From Polyangiaceae bacterium (GTDB lineage: Bacteria > Myxococcota_A > Polyangia > Polyangiales > Polyangiaceae): DNA of 43,221 bases. The notes under the pieces were generated by a model. The model searched no databases and was not told where the DNA came from. It worked only from the letters and a program-made list of their open reading frames with translations. The stretch is taken from positions 1 through 43,221 of the forward strand of contig DATHQY010000448.1 of the NCBI GenBank assembly GCA_035482215.1, in the 5' to 3' direction. Shown piece after piece: positions 40,974-43,221 of the stretch (position 1 is the stretch's first letter; the number at the start of each line of letters is the position of its first letter). A program made the position numbers and the translations under genes.

Positions 40974-41956
40974 GCCGCGTCGCGCTGGGCCGTGCCGCGC
41001 GACGAGTGGGTTTCGCGCCCGCCATCGCCTCGGCGTTTGCGCGAGCCGCGGCGCGCGACCACGAGACCGAGGCCGAGGAGCGTCAGCGTCGTGCCGCACG
41101 CCGAGACGCCTTCGATCCCCGCCGCGACGCATCCGCATCCCTTCGGGTGATCGCCGAGGGCCTCTTCGTCCGCGGTGTGATTGTACGCCGTGGAAGGCAC
41201 CATCGACGGCGCCGGGCCATTGGCCGCGACGTCGGTCGACGTCGGCGCCGCGGACGGCGTGTCCCCATTGTCGCTCGTGGTGCCGTTGCCACCATCGAGT
41301 CCGTTGCTCACGTTCTCGATGTTGGGGCCCACCTTCTTTTTCTTCTGGGCCTTCGTGTCCGCCGTGAAGTCCATCGCGCCGCGATAGACCGGCGGATTGT
41401 CGCCCTTCAGAACGAGCTTTTGCGGGACGCCGACCTGGCCGTCCGGGCCCTGCAGCGCGACCGTGTACTCCCCGGCTTCGAAGTATCCGTCTTTGCGCGC
41501 GAGGTCGAACTCGAAGTACGTCGACTTGAACACCTTGCCCGTCGGATCCGCGAAGTCGACGTCGAGCGACACAATCTGCTTCGGCGCCGTGTCGAGCACC
41601 ATCCGATGATGCTCGGGCTCGGCGCCCTTCTGCATGATCGCGCGCTCGTCGACCGCCTCTTTCGAGAACGTGAAAATCATGGTCGTGTGCATCATGCTTG
41701 GCGCGCGCGACATGTCGATGCGCACCTTGAGATGCCATTCGCCGTTCTTCTCATCGACCGAAGGCGTCTTCAGCGTGAAGTTGCCCGCCGCGAATGCCGG
41801 CGCTGCGACGAGCGTCACGAGCAATGCCGCGAGGATCGGCCCGAGGAGCGGGAAGCGGGCAAGGGCCGTACGAGCTCGTCGCGAAGGAGCCGATCGGCGA
41901 GGCTGGGCCGTGGGTTGAGGGACATACGAGGACGTCGACGGATGCAGCAGGCTCAT
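40970..41956 (-). CDS. Secreted protein with a MYXO-CTERM-like sorting tail
   Basis: The signal peptide is LLGPILAALLVTLVAAPAFAAG. The C-terminus has KGCGCVAAG...LTLLGLGLVVARRGSRKRR followed by 19 more residues. The start is ATG 41956, with an alternative at 41974. Confidence 0.65.
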   Translation of the reverse strand: MSLLHPSTSSYVPQPTAQPRRSAPSRRARTALARFPLLGPILAALLVTLVAAPAFAAGNFTLKTPSVDEKNGEWHLKVRIDMSRAPSMMHTTMIFTFSKEAVDERAIMQKGAEPEHHRMVLDTAPKQIVSLDVDFADPTGKVFKSTYFEFDLARKDGYFEAGEYTVALQGPDGQVGVPQKLVLKGDNPPVYRGAMDFTADTKAQKKKKVGPNIENVSNGLDGGNGTTSDNGDTPSAAPTSTDVAANGPAPSMVPSTAYNHTADEEALGDHPKGCGCVAAGIEGVSACGTTLTLLGLGLVVARRGSRKRRGDGGRETHSSRGTAQRDAA

Positions 41957-42136
41957 GTCGGCGCAAAGGTACATCGAGTCGGCCGGCGAGTGCGACGGAA
42001 TGCGACTCCGTGCGTCCCCGCTGTAGCCGAACAGCAGCGATTCACGCACGTCGCGGCGCCGCCCGGGGATGTGGCTTCTTCTGGCCGGGGCTTCGGTTGC
42101 GCTCGCTCTCGGTTCGTCTCGCTCCGATTGGGCATC

Positions 42137-42183
42137 AACGGGCGCAGACCGGGACAAATCAAATGCGCCCGTTTGAATTCAAA
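42137..42183. repeat. 10-bp perfect inverted repeat AACGGGCGCA-N17-TGCGCCCGTT overlapping a 12-bp AT-rich palindrome TTTGAATTCAAA
   Basis: The arms lie at 42137-42146 and 42164-42173, and the palindrome at 42172-42183. The element is in the ~400-bp divergent spacer between the MYXO-CTERM gene and the kinase gene. Confidence 0.6.
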
Positions 42184-42371
42184 CTCTCACGAAGTGGGCA
42201 ATCCCGGCGGCTCGCGGCTCGCCCATTGAAGCGCCGTTGCGAGAGTCCGGTGCGGGCGGTGGGCGCGTTGACACGCGTAGATCGAGCGGGCAAACTTATC
42301 GATGGCGTAAGCGGGGTGCGGGCCTCTTTTCGGCCCCTTGCCCCGCCGGCGCCCGTTTGGAGCCCATCTCA

Positions 42372-43221
42372 ATGACCGACCGCGCAGCAGCGGCTACGCC
42401 CCAGGGTCCCACGGTCACCGACCCTCTCATCGGTCGGGTCGTCAACGATCGATTTCGCATTACCGATGTCCTCGCCCGTGGCGGGATGGGCAAGATCTAC
42501 CGCGCCGAGCAGGCGCCCCTGGGGCGCGTGTGCGCGCTGAAAGTGCTGAGCCCGAGCAACGGCGCGGGTGAGCATGACGGCGAGTTCCACAAGCGGTTCT
42601 TTCTCGAAGCCAGCATTGCCTCGAAGCTCACCCACCCCAACACCGTCACGATCTTCGATTACGGCCGTACGGAAGACGACATCTACTACATGGCGATGGA
42701 GTACCTCGAGGGGTCGACGCTCCAGCGAGCCATCCGCGCCGCTGGCTCGTTCCCCGAAGAGCGCGCCACGCACATCGCTCGCCAGATCTGCCGCGCTTTG
42801 CGCGAAGCGCACTCGCTCGGAGTGATTCATCGCGACCTGAAACCGGCCAACATCTTCCTCGTCGAGCACGGCGACGAGGCGGATTTCGTCAAAGTCCTCG
42901 ACTTCGGGCTCGTGAAGAACGTCGGGCAAGGACCCGGCGAAGAGCTGACGCGCGTCGGCGTTTTCGTGGGCAGCCCCAAGTACATGGCGCCGGAGCAAAT
43001 CCGGGGCGACAAGGTCGACGCGCGGACGGACATCTACGCGCTCGGAACGATTCTTTACGAGATGATCGCGGGCAAGGTGCCCTTCGCGCGCGAGAGCACC
43101 GTCCACATCATGGTCGCGCAAGTCAACGAGCCACCGCCGCCGATCCGGACCATGAATCCGAACGCGCAGGTCTCGCCCGCGCTCGAAGAGGCGATCATGC
43201 GTTGCCTCTCGAAAGACCCAG
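42372..43221 (+). CDS. Hanks-type serine/threonine protein kinase, N-terminal part; the gene continues beyond the window
   Basis: I translated it by hand from ATG 42372. It has GGMGKIYRA, ALKVL, HRDLKPANIF, DFGL and GSPKYMAPE. It is missing from the ORF track because no stop occurs before the window end. The listed minus ORF 42369-43121 is its antisense shadow. Confidence 0.9.
   Translation, partial: MTDRAAAATPQGPTVTDPLIGRVVNDRFRITDVLARGGMGKIYRAEQAPLGRVCALKVLSPSNGAGEHDGEFHKRFFLEASIASKLTHPNTVTIFDYGRTEDDIYYMAMEYLEGSTLQRAIRAAGSFPEERATHIARQICRALREAHSLGVIHRDLKPANIFLVEHGDEADFVKVLDFGLVKNVGQGPGEELTRVGVFVGSPKYMAPEQIRGDKVDARTDIYALGTILYEMIAGKVPFARESTVHIMVAQVNEPPPPIRTMNPNAQVSPALEEAIMRCLSKDP

Noticed and set aside
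38874-41150. 758-aa plus-strand ORF across ribA and holA; also 18919-20976 (+), 21682-23304 (+) and 23331-24407 (-)
   Set aside because: They are antisense or out-of-frame shadows of genes with strong motif support (ribA, holA, MTase-GT2, rhodanese, S41 peptidase, radical SAM). Their translated sequences are low-complexity and Arg-rich.
42369-43121. 250-aa minus-strand ORF listed in the track
   Set aside because: The opposite strand, in the frame starting at ATG 42372, encodes an unmistakable Hanks kinase (HRDLKPAN, DFG, APE). That gene is missing from the track only because it has no stop before the window end. The minus ORF is its antisense shadow.

Overview
Very GC-rich bacterial chromosomal DNA (about 68-70% GC by eye). 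It is almost certainly from a myxobacterium, given a MYXO-CTERM-type C-terminal sorting tail, a Hanks-type Ser/Thr kinase, and GC-saturated third codon positions that produce many long antisense shadow ORFs. I support 37 protein genes (two truncated by the window edges), one tRNA-Lys(CUU) and a few small repeats and hairpins. I saw no rRNA, CRISPR array, transposase or integrase.

The left ~20 kb (560-19912) is one large glycan-biosynthesis locus.
- It holds a 7-gene minus-strand operon with the complete GDP-D-glycero-alpha-D-manno-heptose pathway (hddC-hddA-gmhA-gmhB), plus an embedded Fsa/TalC-type transaldolase, an SDR epimerase and a GT2 fusion protein.
- It also holds a divergent GDP-mannose-4,6-dehydratase-like protein paired with an NDP-sugar C-methyltransferase.
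- There are three glycosyltransferase-2/methyltransferase fusions in different domain orders, and a stand-alone methyltransferase.
- Membrane components are a GT87/DUF2029-type GT-C protein and a ~14-TM protein co-transcribed with an arylsulfotransferase-like lipoprotein and a CPXCG mini-protein.
- A membrane-anchored discoidin-domain protein completes the set.
- No Wzx/Wzy, ABC exporter or initiating phosphoglycosyltransferase is visible. I therefore flag it as a candidate undescribed polyprenyl-phosphate-linked heptose, heavily methylated glycosylation system.

The middle (19.9-30.7 kb) is mixed housekeeping and signalling: rhodanese, S41 peptidase, a TIGR03960/TIGR03936-type radical SAM fusion, a REC-GGDEF cyclase, an M20 peptidase and ruvA.

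The right part has two further unusual operons.
- The first runs response regulator -> MinD/ParA-like ATPase fused to an HPD-less J-domain and a RodZ-like HTH -> ArnT/PMT-like GT-C -> lipoprotein.
- The second runs ribA (GTP cyclohydrolase II) -> tandem double D-Ala-D-Ala-ligase-like ATP-grasp protein, whose first module lacks the Mg-binding residues -> SDR -> SlyX-like protein.

All functional calls rest on motif recognition by eye; no database search was possible.
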